Origin: Lentisphaeria bacterium
GTDB lineage: Bacteria > Verrucomicrobiota > Lentisphaeria > Victivallales > UBA1829
Reading direction: 5' to 3'
Assembly (NCBI GenBank): GCA_003526375.1
Contig: DPDG01000050.1
Location: 52,283 to 116,282, forward strand
DNA length: 64,000 nt
Made by a program: the position numbers and the translations under genes. Every line of letters starts with the position of its first letter. Within the stretch, counting starts at the first letter, position 1. Shown in pieces: positions 7,793 through 17,176 of this stretch. A model generated the notes under the pieces. That model was not told the DNA's origin, searched no databases, and worked only from the letters and a program-made list of their open reading frames with translations.

Positions 7793-10700
7793 TTATTCCA
7801 AAAGGAGCCAAATAGATTTCCAGGCCGGAAGCTCCAGTTTCAAACAGTCAGTGTCTTTTGCAATGATTTCTCCTGTCATTGCATTCCTGACAAATCTCGC
7901 TTTTCCCGGCAACTGAATGCTATAAACACCGCTTACGCATGAATGAAGACTCAAGAAAGAAGAATTCACCTCACAAAGCACACCGGGACGCGTCACAGTG
8001 TAGCACCCAGCTTCTTTTGCGAGATTATGAAGCAGTTCAGCATCCAGTCCTCCGGGAGCGGCACAAAAAACACTGGTCCAGTCACGAAAGCGTTTTACCC
8101 CCAAAGCCGCTTTTCCATCATTGAAACGCCCTAGAATTAAAGCATCTTTATCATCAATTTCAAAGCAGGGAATAAAGAAACGGGAGTATTGAGAATTACG
8201 AAGATCATAATATCTGCGCTGAGTATCCGCCACCCCCATGTTAAGAGGAAGCCCTCTGCTTAAGCTATCATTGAATTCAGATTTCCGGACTTCATAATTT
8301 CTCGGCTTATCATTATAAACCAAATGAAAATTGGTAAGCTTTTCTGTCAGTTCCGGTCTGAAGGCATGTTCCGTCAACATTCCGGTAGAATGAATCCAAA
8401 CGATGACATTGCCGTTTTTCTTCAGGTTCCGTTCAATGAAATCTCGCTCCGAAGCCTGAAGCATATGAGCATTCATGAATATGAAGATTTTATGTTTCCT
8501 GTAATTATCCCCGGCAATCAAGTCATCAAGAAAATAGGCTGCCATCGGCACACCGGAACGACGCAGGCCATAAGCCATAACATCAAGCAAATGGGAAGCC
8601 CAGTTTCCCCTGAAATGAGAAAAAGGAATATCGTAGAAGATACTTTTCTGATGATATACCAACGCCACATCCGGAACAAAGGAATCCTTATCATTGCGTT
8701 GTGCAACGATATCTGAAACTTCACGAACTTTTCCGATTACCTTTACTGCTTCGGGATGCCGATAGGAATTTGAGCCGATATCGTAATACCAATACCCGTG
8801 TCCATTTGCAATCTGGCGTCCGGCATCTTTCATCACCTGTGTCTGAAACTGCCGCTTTGAATAAGGAACGCCTATCCACATATCCTGAACTTCGTTATAA
8901 ATGCAACGCATCCAGTTTCGGGTATCCAGTTCGGCAATGACAAGCTTTCCGTGCCGCAAAAATGAATCTGCCACCATATTCAAACCTCCAGACAACCCTG
9001 GAAGGCGGTTACAGTAAGAAGGCTGCGGAACAAAGGCATCATAATCTGTTTTAAAGAATTCAGCAAAATTTTTCATCCAGCCTCCTCCCATACAGTAAGT
9101 CATAGCAATCTTGTCTTTGCCGAACTCCTCTTTGAATATTCTGGCAAAGCGGGCGGAATTCTGCCAGATACGCGCCTCTCTGAATTCCCTGTAATCAATA
9201 TAGTTGCGGTATTTTGCCGGATCGAACAGAATTCTGCCGTGTAATTCTTTTGCATCAATTACCGGGATCTCCGCTGTTTCAATACGTACCCCGGGCCTAT
9301 TCCATGCTTTTGCCAGACAATCATCCTTACCGTACAAATCCCGCAGATAACGCCGCCAGGCCGCAAGCGCGGGTTTGCTGTAATCATCACGATGGATCAT
9401 AAACTGTCCGTCATGCCCTCCGGCAATAAAAACGCCGGCGATTGCCTTACTGTAAGGTTTTTTCTTCAATTCCCGAAAAATATTGCGCACTGTATCTTCT
9501 GCAAGGCTCCATGCCTTGTCTGAATATTGTGACGGCCAATAGAAATAAGAGGAATCAGGAAGTTTGCCGAATCCCCGGAGATGCACATTGTTGCCATACC
9601 CCTTTTGTCCTTTGGCATCAATCCATGCCTCCTCGGGATTCTTATCAACAAAATTGCGCGGCAACATCACCGAGACCCCTAATATAAACGTAGCGTCCGG
9701 AGCCCTGCGGATCGCATTTTCGACACCGGAAAAAATCATGTCCCAATTAATTTCTTTTCCATTCCACGGAGTTCCGAATGGCGGATAGTTCAGACGTTCA
9801 TCCAGTCTGATATTCGCCAAATGCAACTTGACTCCACCATGGCGGTACATATAATTGCAATCTCCTCCATAGTTGTCTGCTTTGTACAAAACCGGAGAAA
9901 TCTTTGTCCCATTGAGAAGCAGAGAGAGTTTCCGATTCTTTTCTCTTACGACTGCAGCGGTTGCGCAAGGACGCCCGGATATGATCTTTTCCGCATCTTC
10001 CAATGTATAGACAGACTGAATAACGGACGGTCCGGCTTCATGGACTTTGAAAGGAGTCGCCGGAAACTGAACATTATCAATCCAGACCGTCAACGGATTG
10101 CCGTAAATTATGATGGCAGGATAAAGCTCATAATCCCGTTTCTTCGGCTTGAACATAATACATCTTCTGGACCATGCGTGCGAAGGCGTATTGCGTATCC
10201 GGCTCTGGCTCTCGATCCCCCATCCCCTGTTCAAAGAGGGATCATCATTCAGCATATCTCCCTGCGCTGTAATAAAACGAGGCAAAAGCAAAGTATTGTA
10301 AGAGGCATTGACAGTTCTGAAAAAGAAACGAAATGTCAATGGTGACAGTATCTTTTTGTCTGCCGCCGGTATAGTCACAGGCATTTTACTGCGAAGAATG
10401 ATATAACCTTTCCCATTGTCTTTTGTAATTTTAAGCGACTGTTCGCCCCTGTAGCAAACATTCGGATCAATCTCGTAAGAACCAGTCGCCCCATCCTTGA
10501 ACTCGACAGTCCACCCGATCAGTTTTTTCCCCTCCGCACCTTCAAAATCACCGTCAGGAAGTAGCGAGGCATTGGTCAAGGCGACAGGGGGAGATGCCCA
10601 CTCCACGGCATCTTCCAGCTCCGTGGGAACGCCATTTTTCATAGCGCGGATGCTGGCTCCAAGCGTCAACCGGGCACGATGGTTTCCTCCCAGCAGGATT

Positions 10701-11554
10701 CTCCTGATTGTATTATATGCCGCACTGCCCATACAGCATAATGCGCGGGCGGCATGAACACGAACAGGTTCACTGGAATCGTTCAGTAACGTTTCCGCCA
10801 GATACTCCCGCGCAGGAAGCGCTTTGCTTCCCAAATCCCCCAGCTTATAACATGCCCGGTTGCGCACAGTCGGCGACGGATCCGCAAGCGCAGCCAGAGG
10901 CAGTTCATAATCAGAACTCTGCAAAATGCGGCTGATCTTTTCTCCATCTGAAAGCAACTTGAACTCCGGCGGCAGAACGGGCGGTGCAGGCTGTACCGTC
11001 TGGCAACTGATCCGGGAAATATCCAGTTCTCCATGAACAATAAGCAGAACGGCAGTATTGTCAATGGACAATGGAATCTGCGATGACGGCATGATCAGAC
11101 ATTTCCTCTGCTTCCCTCCATCAAACACCAGCGTCTGCGCAGCCTTGACGGTACGGAGATATTTTCCTTTGGCATCATAACAGAAAAAGCCGAAAACAAC
11201 ACTCCCTTTCCCAGATGCATCAATCATCAGCTTACAGTCCGAATCACCGATCTGTCTGCGCATAATCCGATAATTTCTCGACTGAATACGCAATCCCTCA
11301 CCCTCTGTTTTGACACTTAAAAGACCAGTCTCTGAAGAAAAAGATACTTTGCCCCCTCCTCCTTTGTATGACGCAACTGTCCAGAAGCGGGGAAAAGTCT
11401 GCCCGGAAAAGCAAATGCGGTTCTTTTCAAAATGCTTTCTCAAAGAAGAATCCAAACGGACGGACTCCCTGAATTCCGGATTGAAGAAGACTTCTTTCGC
11501 TTGAATCACAGAACATCCGAAAAGACAAATTAACAGCAACAGTAACAATCTCAT
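7793..11554 (-). CDS. Very large secreted protein: HEAT-like repeats plus carbohydrate-binding-like and GH42-like (beta-galactosidase-type) regions
   Basis: Signal peptide MRLLLLLLICLFGCSVIQA, possibly a lipobox (LFGC). HEAT/PBS-lyase-type repeats (PSPTVRNRACYKLGDLG..., SSEPVRVHAARALCCMG). A DGDFEG...W jelly-roll-like segment. A C-terminal half whose ...KIFIFMNAHMLQASERDFIERNLKKNGNVIVWIHSTG segment resembles the GH42 trimerisation/GATase-like domain. The functional call is tentative. Confidence 0.6.
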   Translation of the reverse strand: MRLLLLLLICLFGCSVIQAKEVFFNPEFRESVRLDSSLRKHFEKNRICFSGQTFPRFWTVASYKGGGGKVSFSSETGLLSVKTEGEGLRIQSRNYRIMRRQIGDSDCKLMIDASGKGSVVFGFFCYDAKGKYLRTVKAAQTLVFDGGKQRKCLIMPSSQIPLSIDNTAVLLIVHGELDISRISCQTVQPAPPVLPPEFKLLSDGEKISRILQSSDYELPLAALADPSPTVRNRACYKLGDLGSKALPAREYLAETLLNDSSEPVRVHAARALCCMGSAAYNTIRRILLGGNHRARLTLGASIRAMKNGVPTELEDAVEWASPPVALTNASLLPDGDFEGAEGKKLIGWTVEFKDGATGSYEIDPNVCYRGEQSLKITKDNGKGYIILRSKMPVTIPAADKKILSPLTFRFFFRTVNASYNTLLLPRFITAQGDMLNDDPSLNRGWGIESQSRIRNTPSHAWSRRCIMFKPKKRDYELYPAIIIYGNPLTVWIDNVQFPATPFKVHEAGPSVIQSVYTLEDAEKIISGRPCATAAVVREKNRKLSLLLNGTKISPVLYKADNYGGDCNYMYRHGGVKLHLANIRLDERLNYPPFGTPWNGKEINWDMIFSGVENAIRRAPDATFILGVSVMLPRNFVDKNPEEAWIDAKGQKGYGNNVHLRGFGKLPDSSYFYWPSQYSDKAWSLAEDTVRNIFRELKKKPYSKAIAGVFIAGGHDGQFMIHRDDYSKPALAAWRRYLRDLYGKDDCLAKAWNRPGVRIETAEIPVIDAKELHGRILFDPAKYRNYIDYREFREARIWQNSARFARIFKEEFGKDKIAMTYCMGGGWMKNFAEFFKTDYDAFVPQPSYCNRLPGLSGGLNMVADSFLRHGKLVIAELDTRNWMRCIYNEVQDMWIGVPYSKRQFQTQVMKDAGRQIANGHGYWYYDIGSNSYRHPEAVKVIGKVREVSDIVAQRNDKDSFVPDVALVYHQKSIFYDIPFSHFRGNWASHLLDVMAYGLRRSGVPMAAYFLDDLIAGDNYRKHKIFIFMNAHMLQASERDFIERNLKKNGNVIVWIHSTGMLTEHAFRPELTEKLTNFHLVYNDKPRNYEVRKSEFNDSLSRGLPLNMGVADTQRRYYDLRNSQYSRFFIPCFEIDDKDALILGRFNDGKAALGVKRFRDWTSVFCAAPGGLDAELLHNLAKEAGCYTVTRPGVLCEVNSSFLSLHSCVSGVYSIQLPGKARFVRNAMTGEIIAKDTDCLKLELPAWKSIWLLLE

Positions 11555-11673
11555 ATTTTAATTGTTCCTTTCCTCTTTTATCTGATTTTTTTATAAGTTT
11601 CTCTCTAAGGTCATCCCTAAAACACTGCCGCAGAGCATTCATCCCCGGAAAGCACAAAGCAAACAGGAAAAAA

Positions 11674-12372
11674 TCAGTAATCACCCCAGGCATCTTTCCA
11701 TAGGGGATGACCTGATTTAATATGATTGATATGCTGCACGTAGATCTGCCCCGCATGTCCGTCAACATGGGAAATAATTCCATCTCCGGAATAGGGATTG
11801 AAGGCATTTCTTCCATGACGAGGATCCGTCCAGATGGTACCCCAGGCCAAACTGCTTCCTTTCCATTTTCCGGGACTTTTTTCAGTATCTGCATTGATTG
11901 AATCGACTAGAAGAATCGTATGGGAAGGCCGCTTGATCAGCGATGGCATACTCCTGTAATGGCTATCGGAGGTAATGCAGGTATTATAACCGTATGTGCC
12001 ATAATTTCCCCAGGGAGAGGTTATAAACTTGCGGATGCTTGCCGCTGGACAAACCATAACCTCCACGCGTCTATTGAAGTATGTGACATAGAAATAATTA
12101 AACCATGAGTCCGCTCCGATATAATTGGACGGCAGCGAAGGAAAACCATTGCGCATGGGAAAACGGTTGTAATCGTTCACATAAGACGCTATTTGCAGTC
12201 CAATCTGCTTATGATTGCTCATACATTTTATTGAATAAGCCTTGGCACGCGCCATCCCTAAAGCCGGCAAAAGCATGGCTGCAAGAATCGCGATGATCGC
12301 AATCACGACAAGAAGCTCTATCAAGGTAAACTCCTTCCGATACGCCGGAAACTTTTTCTTTTGTTTCGACAT
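11674..12372 (-). CDS. Prepilin-type N-terminal cleavage/methylation-domain protein (DUF1559-like pseudopilin-like family)
   Basis: Canonical FTLIELLVVIAIIAILAAMLLPAL segment followed by ...KCMSNHKQIG, and a C-terminal SHVDGHAG box. The start is trimmed to ATG 12372 (MSKQKKKFPAYRKEFTLIELL). Confidence 0.85.
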   Translation of the reverse strand: MSKQKKKFPAYRKEFTLIELLVVIAIIAILAAMLLPALGMARAKAYSIKCMSNHKQIGLQIASYVNDYNRFPMRNGFPSLPSNYIGADSWFNYFYVTYFNRRVEVMVCPAASIRKFITSPWGNYGTYGYNTCITSDSHYRSMPSLIKRPSHTILLVDSINADTEKSPGKWKGSSLAWGTIWTDPRHGRNAFNPYSGDGIISHVDGHAGQIYVQHINHIKSGHPLWKDAWGDY

Positions 12373-12438
12373 GGCAAAATCTCCTGTTTCTATGATTTTA
12401 TATTGATTTCGGTATATATTATAGTATATTCCCATGAA

Positions 12439-13398
12439 ATGACAATAGCAGAAGTGACAAAAAAATATGCAGAAATGATAAAAATGAAGAAACAGAATCA
12501 ATTCATGAAATTAGAGGACATCGCAAAAAAACTTCCGGGTTACGAATCCAGCACCCCCGGTTTTCCACTGGAGCCTCCACTGGTTCCGGCGGAACTGCAG
12601 TTCTATTTTCACTCCCCCCGGACAGAACGGCACACTCCCATTCATTTCCTTCATGAAAAATACATCATGCTGTTCTGCATCCGTGGAAACAGACAGATAG
12701 AACTGGACGGGAAAGCCTGTCGGCTCCATCCGAACGATTTTCTTCTGATCCCGCCCGCCTGCAACCACACGAACAATATGCCCCCGGCAAACCCGGATAT
12801 GAATCAGGATTATGATTATGCCATTCTTTACGCTTCATTTCTTTTGCCGGACTGCGGGAAAAAACTGAAATCACTGGTCAGGCAGGTCTTTCCTCTGCGA
12901 TACAGCGAGGTCAGACTGCTCAGGAAAAGCACGGAGCAGTTTCTGGAATGTTACGCCGGCGACAATTTCGCAGGAATGGAATCCGCCTTCTCTTTCGGAC
13001 TGTTCCTGATGCGTCTTCTGGAACGGCGTTTCCAGGCAGGACAGGCTTCCCGCAATTATGTCGATAAAAACATTCTTCTGCTTGAACGCATCCAGAGTTA
13101 TATGTTCGCACATCTGAGGAAAGGACTCACGATCCGCGAAATCGCCAGAGAACTGGGAGTTTCACCATCTCTGCTGCGTCTCACTTTCCGAAAAGAGATG
13201 AAAGTCTCGCTCGGACGCTACATCCAGACGCGCATCATGCACAAAATCGAACCCATGCTGCGCTCCACCGACATGTCCGTCTCCGAAATCGCCGCGGAAA
13301 TGGGTTATCAGACGGAAAGTTCCCTCATCCGGGCATTCAAACGGGAATCCGGCATGACGCCGCAGCAATTCCGCAGGCATAAGAGGTCGCAGGAATGA
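12439..13398 (+). CDS. AraC-family transcriptional regulator
   Basis: Two C-terminal HTH units: LTIREIARELGVSPSLLRLTFRK and SVSEIAAEMGYQTESSLIRAFKRESGMTPQQFR. The N-terminal region is cupin-like. The start is uncertain: in-frame ATGs lie at 12439, 12475, 12484 and 12505. The track start at 12361 would overlap the divergent pseudopilin-like gene. Confidence 0.8.
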   Translation: MTIAEVTKKYAEMIKMKKQNQFMKLEDIAKKLPGYESSTPGFPLEPPLVPAELQFYFHSPRTERHTPIHFLHEKYIMLFCIRGNRQIELDGKACRLHPNDFLLIPPACNHTNNMPPANPDMNQDYDYAILYASFLLPDCGKKLKSLVRQVFPLRYSEVRLLRKSTEQFLECYAGDNFAGMESAFSFGLFLMRLLERRFQAGQASRNYVDKNILLLERIQSYMFAHLRKGLTIREIARELGVSPSLLRLTFRKEMKVSLGRYIQTRIMHKIEPMLRSTDMSVSEIAAEMGYQTESSLIRAFKRESGMTPQQFRRHKRSQE

Positions 13399-13488
13399 AC
13401 TGTTCATTCCATATTTGCAACTTCACTCTTTCATTATATATTATATACTTTCCCGAAATTCGAAAAAACATAACTTGAAACTTGCTTC

Positions 13489-15360
13489 ATGGATGAATAT
13501 TTTGATGTTGTTGTGATCGGCGGCGGACATGCCGCCTGCGAAGCGGCTCTGGCGGCGGCGCGGGCAGGTGCGCAGACTCTCATGCTGACTCTGAATCTGG
13601 ATCACATCGCCCAGATGAGCTGCAACCCGTGTATCGGCGGCATTGCCAAAGGGCATCTCACACGGGAGATCGACGCGCTCGGCGGTGCCATGGGACTCAT
13701 CGCCGATGCATCCGCGATTCAGTTCCGGATGCTTAATCTTGCCAAAGGGCCTGCGGTCTGGTCTCCCCGCGCGCAATGTGACAAAGTCGAATACCAGCGC
13801 GCCATGAAACGTTATCTCGAACAGGCGGAGAATCTGGAAATCAAGCAGGCGCTCGTCACCGGATTCCTGACTCAAAACGATGCGGTATGCGGCGTCGAAA
13901 CAGAGTTCGGAGACCGTTTTCACGCAAAAGCGGTCGTGGTCGCGACGGGAACCTTTCTCTCCGGCAAACTGCACTACGGACTCCGCAGTTTTCCCGGCGG
14001 GCGCGCCGGAGACCCCCCTTCAGCGGAACTTGCCGCGGCGATCAGGGAACAGTTGAAGCTTCACGTCGGGAGGCTCAAAACCGGAACGCCGCCGCGCGTT
14101 CTTGCAAATTCCATTGATTTCTCCGATATGGAATTTCAGGCTTCGGACACGGTCGAGGAACGGTTCTCCTATTTTCCCGATGAAACCGTCCGCCCGTGCG
14201 CCGAGCATAAAAATCTGCCATGCTATCTGACGCACACCAACCAGGAGACCGCCCGGATCGTGCGCGACAATCTCGACAAGGCGCCGATGTACAACGGGCT
14301 CATCAAGGGAATCGGCACCCGCTACTGTCCCTCTTTCGAGGATAAAGTCGTCCGCTTCCCCCAGCATGAACAGCACCATGTCTACCTCGAACCTGAAGGC
14401 GAATTCACGGAGGAATATTACGTCAACGGTCTCTCCACCAGCCTGCCGCCGGAGATTCAGATCAGGCTACTGAAGACGATCCCCGGCATGGAACATGTGA
14501 AAGTCACGCGTTATGCCTACGCGATTGAGTATGATTTCGTCTACCCGGAGGAACTCGACCGCACCATGTCCGTAAGGAAATGGAAAGGGCTCTATCACGC
14601 AGGGCAGATCAACGGCACCAGCGGCTATGAGGAGGCGGCAGGTCAGGGCCTGCTGGCGGGACTGAACGCCGCACGCTTCGCCGCCGGCCGGGACGGCGTC
14701 GAGTTCGGGCGCGATTCTTCTTATCTCGGTGTGCTTGCGGACGACATCACGACCAAGGAAATCGTCGAACCTTACCGCCTGTTCACCAGCCGCGCGGAAC
14801 ACCGTCTGTTCCTGCGCCAGGACAATGCGGATTTCCGTCTCGCCCCCCTCGCCTATTCGCTCGGTCTGCTTCCTCAGAAAAAATATGACCTGTTTCTCCG
14901 GTATTCCGAAAAATGCGCCTCCGCGGAAGGCGTCTGCAAGGCGACGCGCCTCAACGGACGGCTGTTATGGGATCACCTGAAAGACACGCACGGAGTCCTC
15001 GACAATGCGAATCCGCCGTTTGCACCGGAAACCATCGGGCTCTCCGCCGGCGATCCGCTCGACCGCCGCGTTTTCCGCCAGATCGCGATCCTTGCGCATT
15101 ATGAAGGATATATGAAGCGGGAAGAACAGGCGATCGCCAAACTCCGCGCCCTGGAATCATGGCGCATTCCCGAAAACATGGATTACTCCGCAATCACGGG
15201 GCTGCGCAATGAATCGCGCATGAAACTCTCGAAAATCAGGCCTTCGACTCTTGCGCAGGCGGGACGCATCGACGGCGTCACCCCGCCGGAAATCGCTCTC
15301 CTGCAGGTGTATATCGTGCGCATGAAACATGACGCAAAAAAGTCACAGGCGCCGGAGTAA
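13489..15360 (+). CDS. mnmG: tRNA uridine-5-carboxymethylaminomethyl modification enzyme MnmG (GidA)
   Basis: FDVVVIGGGHAACEAALAAAR FAD-binding motif, MSCNPCIGGIAKGHLTREIDALGG and GTRYCPSFEDK, with a full-length MnmG layout. Confidence 0.95.
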   Translation: MDEYFDVVVIGGGHAACEAALAAARAGAQTLMLTLNLDHIAQMSCNPCIGGIAKGHLTREIDALGGAMGLIADASAIQFRMLNLAKGPAVWSPRAQCDKVEYQRAMKRYLEQAENLEIKQALVTGFLTQNDAVCGVETEFGDRFHAKAVVVATGTFLSGKLHYGLRSFPGGRAGDPPSAELAAAIREQLKLHVGRLKTGTPPRVLANSIDFSDMEFQASDTVEERFSYFPDETVRPCAEHKNLPCYLTHTNQETARIVRDNLDKAPMYNGLIKGIGTRYCPSFEDKVVRFPQHEQHHVYLEPEGEFTEEYYVNGLSTSLPPEIQIRLLKTIPGMEHVKVTRYAYAIEYDFVYPEELDRTMSVRKWKGLYHAGQINGTSGYEEAAGQGLLAGLNAARFAAGRDGVEFGRDSSYLGVLADDITTKEIVEPYRLFTSRAEHRLFLRQDNADFRLAPLAYSLGLLPQKKYDLFLRYSEKCASAEGVCKATRLNGRLLWDHLKDTHGVLDNANPPFAPETIGLSAGDPLDRRVFRQIAILAHYEGYMKREEQAIAKLRALESWRIPENMDYSAITGLRNESRMKLSKIRPSTLAQAGRIDGVTPPEIALLQVYIVRMKHDAKKSQAPE

Positions 15361-15366
15361 GACATC

Positions 15367-16320
15367 ATGAGCGAAGAAACCATCAGCCAGCCCCGGCCGT
15401 TTCCGGATACCGTCCGGCGGCTTTGCGCGAAAAAGTTCGCACTGGCGTCTCTGATCCTCTGCCTGCTCTACCTCGGCGCCGCAATCTTTGCGGAAATTTA
15501 TACCGGATATTGTGAAGCGAAAGAGATTGAGCCGGTCTATCAGGTGCAGAACCACGCGGAACGTTTTCAGGCGCCATCCTGGAAGCATCCGCTCGGAACG
15601 GACTACCTCGGGCGGGATGTGCTGCTCCGGGCGGTCTTCGCGGCAAAAACGGCGGTCAAAGTGGGAATCATCGCTTCAGTCATTTCGGCGGCGGTCGGGG
15701 TATTTCTCGGGATCTGCGCCGGCTATTTCGGCGGCTGGATCGACGATGTTGTCGAATGGCTCTACAGCACATTCGCCTCCATGCCCTCGCTGCTGTTCAT
15801 CCTCGCTTTCGCCCTGCTCGTATCGAAGGGATTCCTTTTCGGTCCGCTGGAAAAAGCGTTTGCGGCAACGGCGCATCTGCTGCGGACGGAACCCGGAATG
15901 CTGGCGGTCTATCTCGGAATCGGGCTGACCGGCTGGGTGTCGCTCTGCCGCGTGGTGCGCGCGGAGACCATGCGCCTGCGGGAACGCCAGTATGTGCTTG
16001 CGGCAAAAGCGCTCGGACAGACCAGTTTCAGGATTCTGTTCCGCCATATTCTCCCGAATCTCATGCATCTGGTAATCGTCTACTTCACGATGCGCTTCGC
16101 ATTTGCGATCATGACGGAAGTGATCGTCAGCTACCTCGGGCTCGGCGTCCAGTTCGAGCCGAGCTGGGGCGTGATGATCGCGGACGGGCAGGAACGTCTA
16201 TGGCGCGGTATCTGGTGGGAGGTCGGCGGTGCGACACTTTTCATGTTCATTCTGGTTCTTGCCCTGAACATCCTGGGTGACTCTCTCCGCGACGCCCTTG
16301 ATCCGCGGCTTTCGGAGTAA
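15367..16320 (+). CDS. ABC transporter permease, oligopeptide/dipeptide (OppC/DppC-like)
   Basis: Six hydrophobic helices, an EAA-loop-like region AAKALGQTSFRILFRHILPNL and a C-terminal LGDSLRDALDPRL typical of this family. It begins 7 nt after mnmG. Confidence 0.9.
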   Translation: MSEETISQPRPFPDTVRRLCAKKFALASLILCLLYLGAAIFAEIYTGYCEAKEIEPVYQVQNHAERFQAPSWKHPLGTDYLGRDVLLRAVFAAKTAVKVGIIASVISAAVGVFLGICAGYFGGWIDDVVEWLYSTFASMPSLLFILAFALLVSKGFLFGPLEKAFAATAHLLRTEPGMLAVYLGIGLTGWVSLCRVVRAETMRLRERQYVLAAKALGQTSFRILFRHILPNLMHLVIVYFTMRFAFAIMTEVIVSYLGLGVQFEPSWGVMIADGQERLWRGIWWEVGGATLFMFILVLALNILGDSLRDALDPRLSE

Positions 16321-16665
16321 CAGCCTTTCCTCTCCTGTCAGCAGCCTGACAATCCGCGAACACAGATAGCCGATCATTGTCTGTGAGGCAAGAAAGAGAA
16401 AGCAGACGAACTCCTCCGAACCCCGCAAATCCCGAATGGCAATACAAAGCAGTTTATACATGCAGAATGAAAGAATGTACCCCGGCAGCATCAACCATCC
16501 CATGATGATGGAAATCGGAACATCCGCACCATGAGCGGTATGCAAGATGCTTCTCATCGGCACATGCCGGCTGAGATACCAGTAGACACATCCGAGCAGC
16601 GGGAAAAAGAGAAAAACAAGACGGTATATCTTTATTTCCTTTTTCATCAGATTCTGAAACATCAT
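16198..16665 (-). CDS. Small hypothetical membrane protein
   Basis: Strong RBS (GAGGAGGG, about 8 nt before ATG 16665) and three hydrophobic helices. The last roughly 40 codons overlap the 3' end of the convergent permease gene, so the C-terminus may be read-through sequence rather than a selected part of the protein. Confidence 0.5.
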   Translation of the reverse strand: MMFQNLMKKEIKIYRLVFLFFPLLGCVYWYLSRHVPMRSILHTAHGADVPISIIMGWLMLPGYILSFCMYKLLCIAIRDLRGSEEFVCFLFLASQTMIGYLCSRIVRLLTGEERLLLRKPRIKGVAERVTQDVQGKNQNEHEKCRTADLPPDTAP

Positions 16666-16872
16666 GATGATTCCCTCCTCTCATTTTTTATGATACCATA
16701 TCGTCGTTTCATGAAAAAATCAAATAAAACAGGAAGTCAATCTTTGCGGTTCCATGGATTCTTGAAATCATATTTTCCATTCCGGTTTGTTCCTTTTTCA
16801 AGTTCTTCCCGTCCTTCCGGTTCCTTTCCCGTCACACTGTATGGAAAAATACTTAAAAAAAACGAAATATTG

Positions 16873-16902
16873 TTGAATTTCCGCTTTCATTTTTCTTACA
16901 AT
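16873..16902 (+). promoter_or_regulatory. Candidate sigma70 promoter with no downstream ORF
   Basis: TTGAAT (16873-16878), an 18-nt spacer, then TACAAT (16897-16902). It points into the non-coding hairpin-rich region. Confidence 0.3.
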
Positions 16903-16909
16903 GGATTAT

Positions 16910-17176
16910 TGTTTCAAATTAGAAGGGTCACACGTGCGAAACAGAACGGTTTCATACGTGAGACGTTAATATATACATAGAATAATTAGGCGAACACGGA
17001 TCACACGTTTGACCTGAAAGTCTCGTGATTTATGGTAATATTTGCAGTAACAGAAAAATATGCGAAAGATTCCAATGCATCGGCAGGGATGTTTTGTCCT
17101 CCCGGCTGTATGGGAGTCGCACATACGCTTCAAAGCAAAATTGAGGGCGCGGCGGTCTCATCCGCCGGTTTTTTCT
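16910..17176 (+). ncRNA. Candidate structured small RNA(s) ending at an orphan intrinsic terminator (identity unknown; 6S-like position)
   Basis: Hairpin 1: 16927-16942 GTCACACGTGCGAAAC pairs with 16949-16964 GTTTCATACGTGAGAC (14 of 16 positions). Hairpin 2: ATCAC...GAC (loop) GTC..GTGAT, 17000-17029. A long irregular rod spans 17041-17139: TTTGC / TATGCG / GATTCC / CAT / CGGCAGGGA, loop, TCCCGGCTG / ATG / GGAGTC / CACATA / GCAAA. A terminator follows. No plausible ORF. Boundaries and number of transcripts are unknown. Confidence 0.3.
17150..17176 (+). terminator. Orphan intrinsic terminator (no upstream plus-strand CDS)
   Basis: CGGCGG (17150-17155), loop TCTCAT, CCGCCG (17162-17167), then GTTTTTTCTTT. 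Confidence 0.55.

Noticed and set aside
16780-16835. A purine-rich minus-strand stretch (..GGAACCGGAAGGACGGGAAG..) that superficially recalls SRP RNA domain IV (CCGGAAGGAAGCAGC).
   Set aside because: It lacks the conserved AGCA symmetric-loop residues and a compatible closing helix. The match is limited to CCGGAAGGA.
16531-16980. A 149-aa plus-strand ORF (and the 17240-17473 / 17274-17498 ORFs) in the large intergenic gap.
   Set aside because: No RBS, low-complexity or odd composition (FPFRFVPFSSSSRPSGSFP...), and no family resemblance. The first partly overlaps the better-supported minus-strand membrane-protein gene.
16981-17176. THF or ZTP riboswitch controlling the folate-related cyclo-ligase gene.
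   Set aside because: The conserved ZTP elements (GACUGGCG ... CCGCCUGGGC type) and the THF aptamer core are not recognisable. The terminator also lies about 300 nt upstream of the ORF rather than abutting it, which is atypical for an attenuator.
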